Shown here piece by piece: positions 28,200 to 41,221 of a DNA stretch of 64,000 nt. This stretch comes from Octopus vulgaris (taxonomy: Eukaryota), in NCBI GenBank assembly GCA_951406725.2, contig OX597815.1, positions 120,714,001-120,778,000 on the forward strand. Direction: 5' to 3'. The position numbers and the translations under genes were made by a program. How positions within the stretch are numbered: position 1 is the stretch's first letter; each line of letters opens with the position of its first letter. A model generated the notes under the pieces. That model searched no databases. It saw only the letters and a program-made list of their open reading frames with translations, and had not been told where the DNA came from.

Positions 28200-28440
28200 A
28201 AAAACAGCAAGTGGTAAGAATTCTGAGGTATGAGATTGCACAGTTGTCGTGAGTGGGGTGGGACAAGGTGAAGTCAAGGAAGGAGTGAGAGTTACTGAGT
28301 TTGTGAAAACTAGAAGTACTGCACATAGTTTATGCGAGAATTGGGGCAGGATGACAGGTGTTGACAAAAGTAATGAAGTTGAGCTGTTCACAAGTAAGAT
28401 AGGTGATGCCAATGCAGTCGGTGTCCCAACTGTATAATGC
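28200..28440 (-). mobile_element. Degenerate Penelope-like RT fragment
   Basis: Minus strand DTDCIGI...EQLNFITFVNTCHP, then TSSFHKLSNSHSFLDFTLSHP.H...AISY. This parallels the PLE YIDD...F...N.FHP and Y.KPT....YL...S.HP....AIPY motifs. Confidence 0.6.
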
Positions 28441-31400
28441 TGGAGTGATTTTAGTGAACAAAGTGAAGATTAAGGCTACAACATGTCCAACTAATACTAC
28501 CCTATACATATACACATATATATGTAAAGCATACTGGCATCTTATATGCCTCGACTGAAAAATACACCTTAGATGCAAAACACCATCATCTTACTCCATG
28601 TATCTCTGTTATATTTTCCACTCTGTCACTTTCACTGCTATCATGTAATTTTTTTATACTTCCCCCACCCTTTCTCTGTTTGTTTTGATGAAGGACTACT
28701 GTCTGAAATGTTGATCTTGGCTCTGCTTCACCTTCTCAATGTGAAATTAATTACCTTGTTACTCCTGTTCTCTATTTTGTTGGTGGTTGTTTTATGTTCC
28801 TGTCTTTCAGCAGTTTGTCTCTTTGACTGAACTGCAGTCTTCGATGAAACATAGACATAGGTGAGATGTCTGGTATCTGGTATCTGTGCCTTGGGTACAA
28901 GCAATGATATAATTTACTTAATAAATTGTATCTAAAGTTTTCTATGTAATTAACTGAGTGCTATGCTATGCTAATTGTTGTAAGTTGTGTATATTTGTAA
29001 GTCTTGAGATTTTTATTATGTATTTGTTTGCATCTATTTTTCTCTCAGTTGGAATTGATGCATCAAGTAGCAAATGTTTCTTCTCCTAATAGTCATTAAC
29101 AATAAGTGGTCATTTTCCCTTAGTCTCCCTCTGTGTGTAAGTTGGCATGTCCCAGACTAAGTTCCTTCATTTTCTATGCCCATTTCTAACATAGATTTAT
29201 ACCAACTCTTTTTAGTTGGTATTTCATAGTGCTAACATAATTTCCAGTGCATGAAAGTTCTAAATTTGCTATGCTCACATATATATTTTATTTTGATTTT
29301 AGCTAAGGCAAGGCAGCCGGAAACTGTGATGAAATGTTTCCCCATACAACCACATACTCTACTGTTACTTATTGTAGTCTATTTCTTGCTATCTTTTATC
29401 ATATTTAAGTGACTGAAATGCTTTTGTGAGCTTTACACTACATCACTAGAAATATCTTTCATTTTTGTGAAAAGTATTTTATCGTGTAAGAATTGGAAAA
29501 GTGTTTGTGCTGAGAGGTAACTGTATAGAATAAGTGGTATTTTTTTAATAATATAAGCTTTTGCAAATCAAATTTTTCTAAACTATTTACAAAGAAAATC
29601 TGTTGATTGATCCAGCAGATTTGTGTTTGGCTATGGTTCTTTGACAAAGTTCAGTAAAGCCAAAACATATCAGTGACTGTCACCTTGTTTGCTAATAATT
29701 ATTAGCTTTCCCTAAGTATGTAATTCAATAGTTTTGTGGAATTAAGTCTTAATTTCCAATTATCTGTAAATATTTTGCTTATATCATTCACTACTTCACT
29801 CTTTCCCTGACAAATACTTTCTAATATTTTATTAAATCTGCTTTTTCTCACAATTAAAACCCTGTTGAGATTGTCTTTATCTCAAAGGAGGTCAATAAAA
29901 TAGACACCACCAATATCATTTCACTTTTTCCAAGAAATTTGTAATCATGTAACAAAATTATAAATTCTCACCAATCAGCCTCATTATAATTAATCTTGTT
30001 TGTTTATTTTGCTCCAACTGATTTCTTTACATGAACTTTTTCAGACCTTTCTTTTGATACCAATCTTGGTTCTATGATATTAACTTCCTGTTTTAGAGAT
30101 CTTTTAAAGTGATGTGTTAAAGCCTTCTGTCAAAATTTCATGTTAATGTCTGCTCCAAACATCAGTGTAATGATGACAAAATTATCTTGATAAATTGTTC
30201 CTTAATTTCAAAACTAATTGAAACAAAGGCAGTGCTTTTCAACAGAATATGGTAACTAAGAAAATAGTTGAGACGGAAAAAACCATATTCAATTAATGAA
30301 AGATGAACATTTTGAAAGGCAGTTTGAAATCACTGAAAAAATAATTATTGGTGTAATGTTACACATGCATTTCCAAATATTAGAGTGTTTCCGATACGAG
30401 TGAAGATATATTTCTAATTTCTCCGCAGCTGTTGCTTTTCCTTCCCTCTCTACCAGAGTATTTCCCTATTTGCAACCCCATCATAAAATTTTATTAATGA
30501 TATCAATGTGGAGAGAAATTTTAGATGAATAAAAGTCTGAAGCTTGATACAGAATTAGACAAATCTTAAAAGACAATCACTGGTGCTTTGGCTTAACCCT
30601 TGATGTTAGTGTGCACCCAGAAATACTTATATATCCCAAAGGGATTATATGGGGTGATTAATGAAAGGAATTGCAATAATTCAAGCAGAAATAATTTTAA
30701 TTTTAAATAACTAATAGTTTTTCCAGCATCACTGTTTTTCTTTTTTCCAGTGGAATTTTTTGCATGAATAGAAAATAATTTATTGAGGAAGTATTTTAAG
30801 CAACCTATATTACAAAATATTTTATCTAATTTCTCAACTGTAATATTTGAAGGAAAATGAAAAAATCTGTGGCGACTATCAACTCAACTCATTAGATAGT
30901 CATTTCTGAATATGCTAACATAAATAATTATGTGTAGAATTTGTAGATACATATAGACATATACAAAATGTGTACACAGATATAAATAAGTGTACATGGA
31001 TAGACATGTGTAAAATAGTTCCACACATTGATATGTATTGAATGTGTAAATTGGGGAAATGCATCAGACACAAAACCAATAATAAAAGAAGTGATTTCAT
31101 TTTTAAATTTATATTCATAAAGAAAATTAAATGTCTCAGTAATACATATGCATTAGTCATTAACCTAATTCCCTATATGAATGTATGTTTATATTTATAA
31201 ATTAGCATTTCAACTATATTAAACTATTATATCATCTGAAAAATCAATTAAAAGAAGTAAAGCAAGGAGAGAAGGACAGAGAGTAAGGGAGAAAGAGAAA
31301 GAGAGAGAGAGAGAAGCAATAAATCAAGCCTGAGGTTTATATTGTAGTTACTAGAGCAAGAAGCTTGATGTGTGTGTGTGTGTGCGTGTGTATTGTTTTA

Positions 31401-31974
31401 CCTATTATCTTTTCCATTTTAAGGAATCAATTTAATACATGGGAAAATATTAATTTCTTACATTGATAAAAAGCCACAAATTAGTAAGGTGGGTTATATT
31501 TGATTAAATTAACTGCAGTAAATTATCGTATTTATTTTATTAACCCTAGTAAAAGGAATAGGAAAGTTGATCTTATAAGGATTTGAACTTTAAAAATATA
31601 AAAGATTGCAACTGAATTGAGCAATGCAATTTTTTTGTTTCTGGAGTAAATATAATCTTATCTTGCCATTTTATGTTGCAGATATTGTGCAGACTGCACA
31701 TGTGAAAGACTTCAAATTTCTTTGTATGTCTGTAGTAGGGGAGTCCATGCTTCTCTCCTGCACAAAAGTGTGCTCAAAATAAAATGATTTGTATACACTT
31801 ATTTTAGTTTTCAGACTGACAACTACCCCAGAACTTAAACGATACTTTTATTTTACCAGCCTCAAAAGAATGAAAGGCAAAGTTATCCTTGGTAGTATTT
31901 GAACTCAGAACATAAAGTGCCAGAAGAGATGCTGCTAAACATTTTGCAGACTGATCGGGGTAATGACTTTCCCA

Positions 31975-32424
31975 AGATGTCAAGTTAAGCTGTAGAGATT
32001 TTAGTGATTGCTTCAACTTATCCTTATACCTAAGGACGGTATTTCCTTTACTGTGGTATCCCTCTGCTTGCTGGTCATAGAAAAGAAATTTTGGAATATG
32101 GTCATTTTTCATTTGAACATGTCCTGCTCGTCTGTACTGAATCCTCAGCAGCATGCTTTGGATACTGGCGATATCACATTTTCCTAAGATTTTGACATTA
32201 GATATCTTATCTTGCCATTTTATGTTGCAGATATTGTGCAGACAACACATGTGAAAGGCTTCAAGTTTCTTTATATGTCTGTTGTAGGAAGTCCATGCTT
32301 CTGTCCCCGTACAAAAGTGTGCTCAGAATACACGATTTGTATACACTTATTTTAGCTTTCAGACTGACACCATGTTCATCCCACAAATGATGGGGAAGTT
32401 TTCCAAAAGCACTTGTAGCCTTAG

Positions 32425-32428
<4 letters not shown>
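31975..32428 (-). mobile_element. RTE-BovB-like LINE RT C-terminal fragment (frameshifted)
   Basis: ISKATSAFGKL..LW....VSLKAKISVYKSCILSTLLYG, then FHMCCLHNICNIKWQDKISN..IL...I.SI, RRAGHV.MKNDHIPK.LFY, LRYKDKLKQSLK. Confidence 0.85.
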
Positions 32429-32472
<44 letters not shown>

Positions 32473-35032
32473 GGATTTCAAATTTTGACACAAGGGCAGC
32501 CAGTCTTGGGGAGGGAATGGGACAATTACATCAACCCCCCACCCCCACCCAGCATCTCATTGGTACTTAATTTATCGACCCCCCCCCTAAAGGATGAAAG
32601 TCAACCTCAGCAGAATTTGAACTCAGAATGCAGCAACGGGTAAAATACCGCTAAGTATTTCATCCAGCATACTAATGATTCTGCCAGCTCACCACTTTGA
32701 ATAATGATAACAATAAAAATGGTTTCAAATTTTGGCACATGGCCAGCGATTGCAGCAGAAGAGGTTAGTCAATAATATTTACTCCAGTACTTATTTAATT
32801 GACCCTAAAAGGAGGAAAAGCAAAGTCAACTTTGGTGGAATTTGGGTTCAGTAGGTAAAGATGGACAACATACTACTAAGCATTTTGTCTGGCATGGTAA
32901 CAATTCTACCAGCTCACTACCTTAAATAAGAATCATAATATTAATTTCTGCTCTCTTATTTATAGTTACCAACAATCTGCTGACAAGCCAACAGAAGGAA
33001 CTTCTATGTATATGTTCAGATTGCTAAAAATAGTTAGTCCATTGGAAATATCACCTTGCCTGCAAACAGGTAAGGGTTGGTGACAGGAAGGGCATCCAGT
33101 CATAGAAAATCTGTCACAACAAATTCCATCTGGCCTACACAAGCATGGAAAAGTGAACATTAAATGATGATTGGGGTGGGGGGTGATGATGATGATGTTG
33201 GTGACAGATCTGATCACACTCTATTCTGTCCTCACTACAAATTGCAGTTTTTTGTTTGTCAGGGATATTTTGGTGGGGCAGGGAGGGGTTATATGTTTGA
33301 AGTTGTTATTTTGTTCCTTCTGAGTTCATAGCTCTGTTGTCTTTGAATCTACTAAAGGGAAAGAGTTTCTGAAAAAAATAAATTAGCTTGTGTATGAGTT
33401 GACTTCTTTATGATTTCCATATGAAATTTCTGTAATTTACCATCTGTAGCTGGTTTCATTTATGTAAGTCATTAAAGCTGGAGTAGTTTAGCATTCTCAG
33501 GTCATTTGATTTTGTTTTGGGTGGAAGGATTTTGTTAACAGCATGAAATAAAGTTTTTCATTAATGTTTGCTGAATTTTTATGAAGACTGTTGGAGAGCA
33601 AAACAAAACCAATAAATAGATGAATAACATATTTAAAAAAGAAAGAAATGAATGAATCTACATAGTGACACATTTTCTTGTACACATCACCAAACCTTAT
33701 TAATTATAAATGAAAGTCTTTGTTGTATTCTTAAAACTCGCTACACATAAAAATCTTCATATTCATAATGCCTTTTACTTTTCAACCTCATCTATGTACA
33801 TCTTTTAAGCTGTGATAATTTTCGTTAATGTGTTTCCATTATAGTAAATGTGTCTCCTTCTTACATATATTCAACATTGTGTTGATTAATTATTATTCAT
33901 GTATATCGTTGCAGTCCATGATATAGTTAGTTCTCTATATTTTTTTACAAATCCTTATTCGAGACATATAATTATGCTTTTCTTCAATTATATATCCTAA
34001 TGTATTCAATATTTCTCTTGCAATTAAACAGAGATTTCAGATGCTTAAATGAATCCTCAGTACTATTATACTTACTAAACTTTGCTTATTTCTTTTACCT
34101 GTAATATCTCCTTCATATTCTGACAAATGAAACTGCATTTACACTACAAGCTCCAACAACAATTATAAGAGATTTTATGAAATTTACTGCTCATTTCTCT
34201 ATCACGTGTCACAAATGAGTTTAATCTTCTGTGATGAGAGAGTCCTAATCACAAAAGATACTCTTACTAACGCCAATCAATTATTATGTATATCGGAAAG
34301 ATAAGTAGTACTTATATTCTGGCAAGAATTCTGGGTCAAAGTAATAAGTTTATGAGGAGGTCAAAACAAGATTAACAATGCTTTTCTCTGCAGAATGCAT
34401 AGTAAAATCTTGTAATTTAGTAATTTTATACCTACATTCATTCAATGATCATATCTCCATAGATTTGCATGCATTTTGTTGTAAGGGCACTGCAGAAGAC
34501 TTGAAATTGTGGAAACAATACTTTTTACAGCTGAATTACTTTCCTACCATTATTAACATAACAATTAAGTATGTATGACTGATTTCATTTACACCAAATT
34601 AGACTAATGAAATCACTAAAAACAATGGGTTTTAATATTTTAGGTTTTCCGATTATATAAAACAGGCAATATGCTTTATATTGTTAAGATTTCACACATA
34701 TCAGCAACCAACTTTCTGTAAACTATATGATGTGCATGTTTGTGTGTGTGTGTGTGTGTGTGCGTGTGTGCGAATGTGTGTTTGCATGTAGATTCTCTCT
34801 TAGACACTCTTATTTAACTCTTACTGCCATATAGTTGACATTTTAATCTAACCTCAAAGAATTAATGCCTAACTTCCTTTTTTTTTTTTTTGGTGAAAGG
34901 CCCTTGCTTGTAATATAATTTTTTTACAGTCTTAATTAGTGGTTGTATTGCCCTATATTTGGGTTTTCTTTTCTGAGATCTTTGGATTTACTTTTTAGTA
35001 ATATCTGCCTGTTTTGTTTTTTAATATCTACT

Positions 35033-35091
<59 letters not shown>

Positions 35092-35154
35092 CTTCGAAGT
35101 TTTGGTTTGTTAGCCTTCATTTGGCTGTGGTGCAATAAAGTTCGCCTTGACTTT

Positions 35155-35450
35155 ATATAGCCTCTGGTAAGGTTGTTTCTTCTGAGATAGGTTGGAGCTA
35201 CTTTTGTATGCTAATTAGGTTGTAGGGAAAGTTCTGATGGAAAGATACTATAAAAGGTTTTAATTTTTCAGTTATGTAAAACTTTGTAACCAGGTGTGTT
35301 TATTTAGGTATGTCAGCTTCAGGTTTTGGAGTTGCTTTGAGGGTTCATTAATACTTCAGTAGTATCTTTCCATCAGAACTTACTCTACACTTCACGTATC
35401 ACGCAAAATAGATCCACCTGTCTCAGAAAAACAAACATACTAGAAATTAT
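35155..35450. repeat. Inverted-repeat (MITE-like) element
   Basis: Arms of about 95 nt, including aagttctgatggaaagatacta / tagtatctttccatcagaactt and ttctgagatagg / cctgtctcagaa, around a ~110-nt spacer. Confidence 0.75.
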
Positions 35451-35858
35451 ATATATATGAAGCCAATACACATACAGAGGCTAGATGGTAGAATCAATAG
35501 CATGCCAAACTGTTCAGCAGCATTTCTTTCAGCTCTTTGTGTTCTGAGTTCCAACCTTGCTGAGATCAACTTTGCCTTTTATCAATAGAATAAAATACCT
35601 ATCCAATACTGAGAGTTATGTAATTGACTTGTCTCCTCCAGAATTGTTGGCCTTCAACCCAGCAATGGACCAGTGTCCCTTTCAGGGTGAGTGTTATGAT
35701 CTCAGTCACTTAAATGCCATGGAAACTGGGTAACCAGCCTTATGAGTTCTAAAACTCAAGAAAAACATACACACATATATAGATATAAATAAACAAAAAA
35801 TGCTAGTTCTAAAATTTCTCTTAGAGATCAACGCAGTAATTGTACTAAGAAGTAATTG

Positions 35859-36129
35859 TTCATAGCCACTTCAACATGGCTGTCTGTTTGAGTGGACTTT
35901 ACTGCGATTTAACCCCAAGGACATCTCTAGCTGGTTAATGATGTACAGCTGCATCTGAGTTATTGTGAGCAAGGGAGTGAACCCCTACCACCTGCAGGGG
36001 TTCACTCTCCCACTTGCAATAACTTGGATGCAGCTGTGCATCATTAACCAGCTAGAGCAGTTGTCCTTGGGGTTAAAAAATCACAGTAAAATCTACTCAA
36101 ATGGACAGCCATGTTAAAGTGATTATGAA
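35859..36129. repeat. Long palindrome / foldback element
   Basis: Arms of about 130 nt (aacatggctgtc...tttaaccccaaggaca..ctctagctggttaatgatg...gagtgaacccct and aggggttcactc...catcattaaccagctagag..tgtccttggggttaaa...gacagccatgtt) around a ~9-nt loop. Confidence 0.9.
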
Positions 36130-36166
36130 TATTAAATATGAATATAATTGTAAAATGCATACATAT

Positions 36167-36875
36167 CATCATCATCATCATCGTTTAGCGTCCGCTTTCC
36201 ATGCTGGCATGGGTTGGACGGTGCAACTGGGGTCTGGGAAGCCAGAAGGCTGCACCAGGCCCAGTCTGATCTGGCAACGTTTCTACGGCTGGATGCCCTT
36301 CCTAACGCCAACCACTCCATGAGTGTAGTGGGTGCTTTTTACGTGCCACCAGCACAGGTGCCAGATGAGGCTGGCAAACGGCCACGGTCGGATGGTGCTT
36401 TTTACGTGCCACCGGCACGGAGGCCAGGCGAGGCTGGCAACAGCCACAATCGGATGGTGCTTTTTACATGCCACCGGCACGGAAGCCAGTCGGGGCGGCA
36501 CTGGCAACGGCCACGTTCGGATGGTTCTCTTATGTGCCACCGGAACTGGTATCACAGCTACAATTTCCATTCATGTTGATCGATTTTGATTTTCACTTGC
36601 CTCAACAGGTCTTCACAAGTAGGGTTTTGTGTCCCAAGAAGGAAAGGTATGCATAAGTGAACTGAGGCCATGGGTGATGGTCTCACTTGTCCTGCCGGGC
36701 CTTCTCACGCACAGCATACTTCCAAAGGTCTCGGTCTCTAGTCATTTCCTCGGTGAGACCTAAAGTTTGAAGGTCATCACCTCATCCCAGGTTTCCCTGG
36801 GTCTGCCTCTTCCACAGGTTCCTTCAACAGCTAGGGTGTGGCACTTTTTCACACAACTATCTTCATCCATTCTCA
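36167..36875 (-). mobile_element. 5'-truncated RTE copy
   Basis: Minus strand encodes RMDEDSCVKKCHTLAVEGTCGRGRPRETWDEV. The 3' UTR is close to 19836-20448 and ends in a (CAT)n tail. Confidence 0.92.
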
Positions 36876-37099
36876 TATATACATATATACATATATAATA
36901 TGTATATATATAACAAATATATTTATGAATATATTTGTAAAATGCATACATATATAATATATATATTTATAACTGGCTAGCTGATTGCTTGCAACTCAGG
37001 CAAACACACAAGCCAGATATACTTCATACTCTCCAGGAAATGGGATAGACAGAAGATTGTGAATGAATATTTAGTTTTTTTTGCTGTTAAGAATGTACC

Positions 37100-38760
37100 A
37101 CTTAATATAAACTGTTAAATAACCACAAACAAGTTGGATCGAGAGATAAAAGACAATTTCAATGAGGTCAGTACAAAAGCTGAAAGGTACTTTAGTGAGA
37201 GTAAGTTCTGAAGAAGAATTAAGTGTTTCATGTGTCAAGGAGAAGGACATAGAAGCCAACTTGAAGTTTCTATGAGATAACCAGTTGTGCGAGAATCAAG
37301 GCACCATTTAAGGAGGAGGTGATATGATGTTGGAATAGTACTTTAGATAGAGTCATAAAAGCTAAGAGATAAGCCAGGAAAGGATGAAAGACAGTAAAGA
37401 TCAAAGATATAAGTGGACATCGGGTGGCTAGAAGAAAATCTAGATGTCAGATCCTAGTAAGAGGCAAAATGGTAAGTAGGTGATTTCTTGATGTTCTGCA
37501 ATATGAGAAGTTCTGGATTGCACAGCAGAATGAATCAGTTTGCAAAAATTATGGACATAGGCACAGGTGTGGCTGTGCGGTAAGAAGCTTACTTCCCAAC
37601 CACATGGATGCAGGTTCAGTCTCATTGTGTGGCACCTTGGGTAACTGTCTTCTACTATAGTCTTGGGCCAACCAAAGCTTAGTGAGTGGATTTGGTAGAC
37701 AGAAATCAAAAGAAACCCATCGTATATATGTATATCAATGTGTGTGTGTCTTTGTGTCTGTGTTTGTCCCACCCATCACTATTGCTTGACAACCAATGTT
37801 GGTGTGTTTATGTCCCTGTAACTTAGTGGCTTGGCAAAAGAGACTGATAGAATAAATACTAGGCTTACAAAGAAGAAGTCCTGGAATCGATTTGTTCGAC
37901 TAAAACCCTTTAAGGTGGTGCTCCAGCATGGCTGCAGTCAAAGGACTGAAACAAATAAAAGAATAAAAGAATATTGACACTAAGAAGGAGGCATGAAAAA
38001 AATGCTACCATTGGTGGTTGCTGTCAAAAAGGCAAAGAGCTCAGTGAGGAATTTTACATGAATATAGACCATCAGGCTCAGCTCTGATCTCCCTTTCATT
38101 TATTATATGCTCCTGGCTGTGACAAAGGTTTTTAAGCATTCTGCTTATGCTGAAGTTTGTATGCTGAAAAATGTGATGGCAAAACCTAGAAATGATAGGT
38201 TTTAAAGTAAACCTAGCTGGGACAAATATTTTTGTAAGGGAACCTGATTCAATAACAATGTGGAAAGCAAGTGCACAAACGTTGCAATGAGTTCTCAAGC
38301 TGGTTGGCATACTAAAATTACTTCACATGTAGCAAATGCACAGGTTTAAAGAGAAATGAGAGGACTAACAACAGAAATTTTCATATACCCCAGAAATTCA
38401 GATACATAGGTGATGACCAAACAAACAGTAGAGACCGTCAAAAAAGGTAAAATGATAGGTAAATATTATTGCTGGCAACAAAAGTTTTCTTTCTCAGAAG
38501 GAAGGTCATATGGTATGATGCTTGTGTATGAAGTGTAGTTTTGCACTGTAGTTAAACATGGAAATTTAGTGCAGAATATGGCAAAGTCTAGAAAGGAATG
38601 AAAGCATGAGCCACTGGATGTGAATTTTTTGTGCGCATGAACAAAGAAGCACAAAGGACAAGTTACAGTCATTGTTAGCTTCTCTTCCTATAAGAGTGTA
38701 AGGAAGTGGATCAAGAACATTGTCAGCATGAATATGTTTTCTATGAGGTTTGTTGAGAAT
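37100..38760 (+). mobile_element. Highly decayed RTE copy split by a SINE (37560-37972)
   Basis: Degenerate motifs are collinear with the RTE ORF: WNS..DR.IKAK, SEEF...HQ.S.L, AYAE in place of LYADD, KVNLAGT, FRYIGD, LLATK...YDACV. Many stops and frameshifts. Confidence 0.7.
37560..37972 (+). mobile_element. tRNA-derived CORE-like SINE family B, full length, with internal (TA/TG)n tract
   Basis: Head GGCACAGGTGTGGCTGTGCGGTAAGAAG...GGTTCAGTC, a CORE-like gtggcaccttggg segment, an internal microsatellite, and tail ggtgctccagcatggctgcagtc...ataaaagaat. Copies at about 1097-1225, 3483-3780, 8855-9725, 13230-13540, 47070-47460, 51315-51660(-), 56572-57310. Confidence 0.85.
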
Positions 38761-38929
38761 TCAGATATAATAAATATTTACTGCATGCTCACACAAACCC
38801 CCAGCCTTCCTACTGACTTTGGAGTACCTAATTCACCAAATTCTTTCTACTATTGTATTACATTACCTTGTTCATATACATATATAATATATGTATATAT
38901 ATATACATATATACATACATATACATATG

Positions 38930-38982
<53 letters not shown>

Positions 38983-39118
38983 TATACATACATATACATA
39001 CATATAACTTCATTACAGTAGTAGAAAAGGGATTTTAGCTCCTATTTCTAAATTCAGTGTGTGGCGAAGCAATTAGCTGGCCCCTAATTATAATCATGTT
39101 TATAATTATATCTGTATG

Positions 39119-39151
<33 letters not shown>

Positions 39152-39891
39152 GTATATGTTCATTTGTACTGGTTGCACGTGAAAAAACATTCGAGTGAGG
39201 TCATTGCCAGTGCCGCTGGACTGGGCTCTTGTGCAAGTGGCATGTAAAAAACACCATTTGAGCGTGGCCATTGCTAGTACCGCCTGACTGGCCCTCATGC
39301 CAGTGGCACATAAAAGCACCCACTACACTCTTGGAATGGTTGGCGTTAGGAAGGGTATCCAGCTGTAAAAAATCTGCCAGATCAGATTGGAGCCTGGTGC
39401 AGCCATCTGGTTCGCCAGTCCTCAGGCAAATCATCCAACCCATGCGAGCATGGAAAGTGGATGTTAAACGATGATGATGATGATGGTGAGGATATATGTA
39501 TACATATATATATCTGAGACCCCTTTCGGTCACGACACAGACCATGGCATTGCACCTAGAAAGTTACCCTCCCAGGCACAAGTCCAGGCAAGGTTTTTTA
39601 TGGAAGCCCAGTAGTCGCCCATGCATACCGGCCTTCCCTCTCCATGCTACCAGTGTTATCCAAGGGAAAGGCAACAGCTGAAAGCAATGTGAAATAAAGT
39701 GTCTTGCTCAAGAACACAACATGCAGCCTGGTCTGGGATTCAAGCTCCTAACCTCATGATCATAAGCTCGATGCTCTAACCACTGAGCCACATGCCTTCA
39801 CTATATATATATATATATATATATACATGCATACATATATATATACACATATATATATATACACATATATACATATATATATATGTGTGTT

Positions 39892-39960
<69 letters not shown>

Positions 39961-41183
39961 CATTGTTGCACTCTTACATCAACACCACATTTGTTTTCTT
40001 TCACACGTCACTGTAACTCTTTGGATAGTCTTCATGTATTTACATTTTACTCAGATGTTCACAACTCATATTTGTAGCTACTCATACATATTTAGGTGTC
40101 CACTTTTTATGTTACAGTTTTGGCCCTTCAATGAATCATCCACGAATTTAGCTTCAGTGATCTCATATCCTGGTGCTGAATCTGATAAATGTATGAATTA
40201 ACTGTCTTGAAACTATCCAATTTTATAATTTTGTAACCTTATAAATATATTAACATACAATACTGTAATTAGCTTTCAGTATTCCAATTTGCATTTCACA
40301 TAATTTGGACACTATAATTTCTATATTTTAACTCTGCAATTTGGACTTGTTTATTAATTAATTCTTTTTGAGTGGTGAAACTTGTCATTAAGTTAATTCT
40401 TTTTAAGTGGTAAAGATTGAAGCAGGTAACGCTATAGTTAATAGCATGTAAATATTGGGTTAAAAACACTTTTTGTATAGGAAATGTCATATTTATAGAA
40501 GATGGAGGTTTGTGTCCCATGGGCAGCCTTCAAATTTTCCAATCCAAATGGTATCTTAACTCACTATTTACATGCTGTTATTTATAGTTTTATCTGCTTT
40601 GAGCTCCATCATTTTAAAACAGAATTATTTCTTGTTCTCTTGAAGTTTCTAAAAACTCTCACAATGTCAACATTGTAATTAGTATTTTGTATTGTTGTTC
40701 TCTAGCACTTATGCATTTCCCATGTTCCTGTTTTTGTACATCTGTATCCGTGGGAATTCATATCTCAAATTTGTTCGCATCTAAACATTTCTAATTGTCA
40801 TTTTTTGAATTTCTTTCCTTTGTTATTTTTGCATTTCTGCATTCCTGCACCTCTGTAGTTAGCAATTTCAATAATTTCCAATTCTCATTATTGACTGTCA
40901 TAAAACAATGCAAGATTGCACATTTGGGATGTCTTTATTATGGAAGTTATTGTTACAGTATGCATGCTGTTGGCATGTATACATAACTGCATGTATTTTT
41001 CAATATGTGTGCATGCATTTATGTGTGCATGAGTGTATATGAATTACATGCATGTGTGTGTGCATTTGTGTGTGTGTGTGTGTGTATGTGTGTGTGTAGA
41101 TTGATAGATAGATTGATGGAGAGATGGAGATAGATAGAGAAAAATACATTAAATCAAAATGAAGTGAAATGTGTAACTGTTGG

Positions 41184-41221
<38 letters not shown>

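Noticed and set aside
36101-36656. Recurrent ORFs such as [21 protein letters not shown] and MLFTCH..., which look like a multigene family (also 7445-8212, 20060-20395, 39035-39545)
   Set aside because: They are antisense or alternative frames of the RTE 3' UTR repeat.
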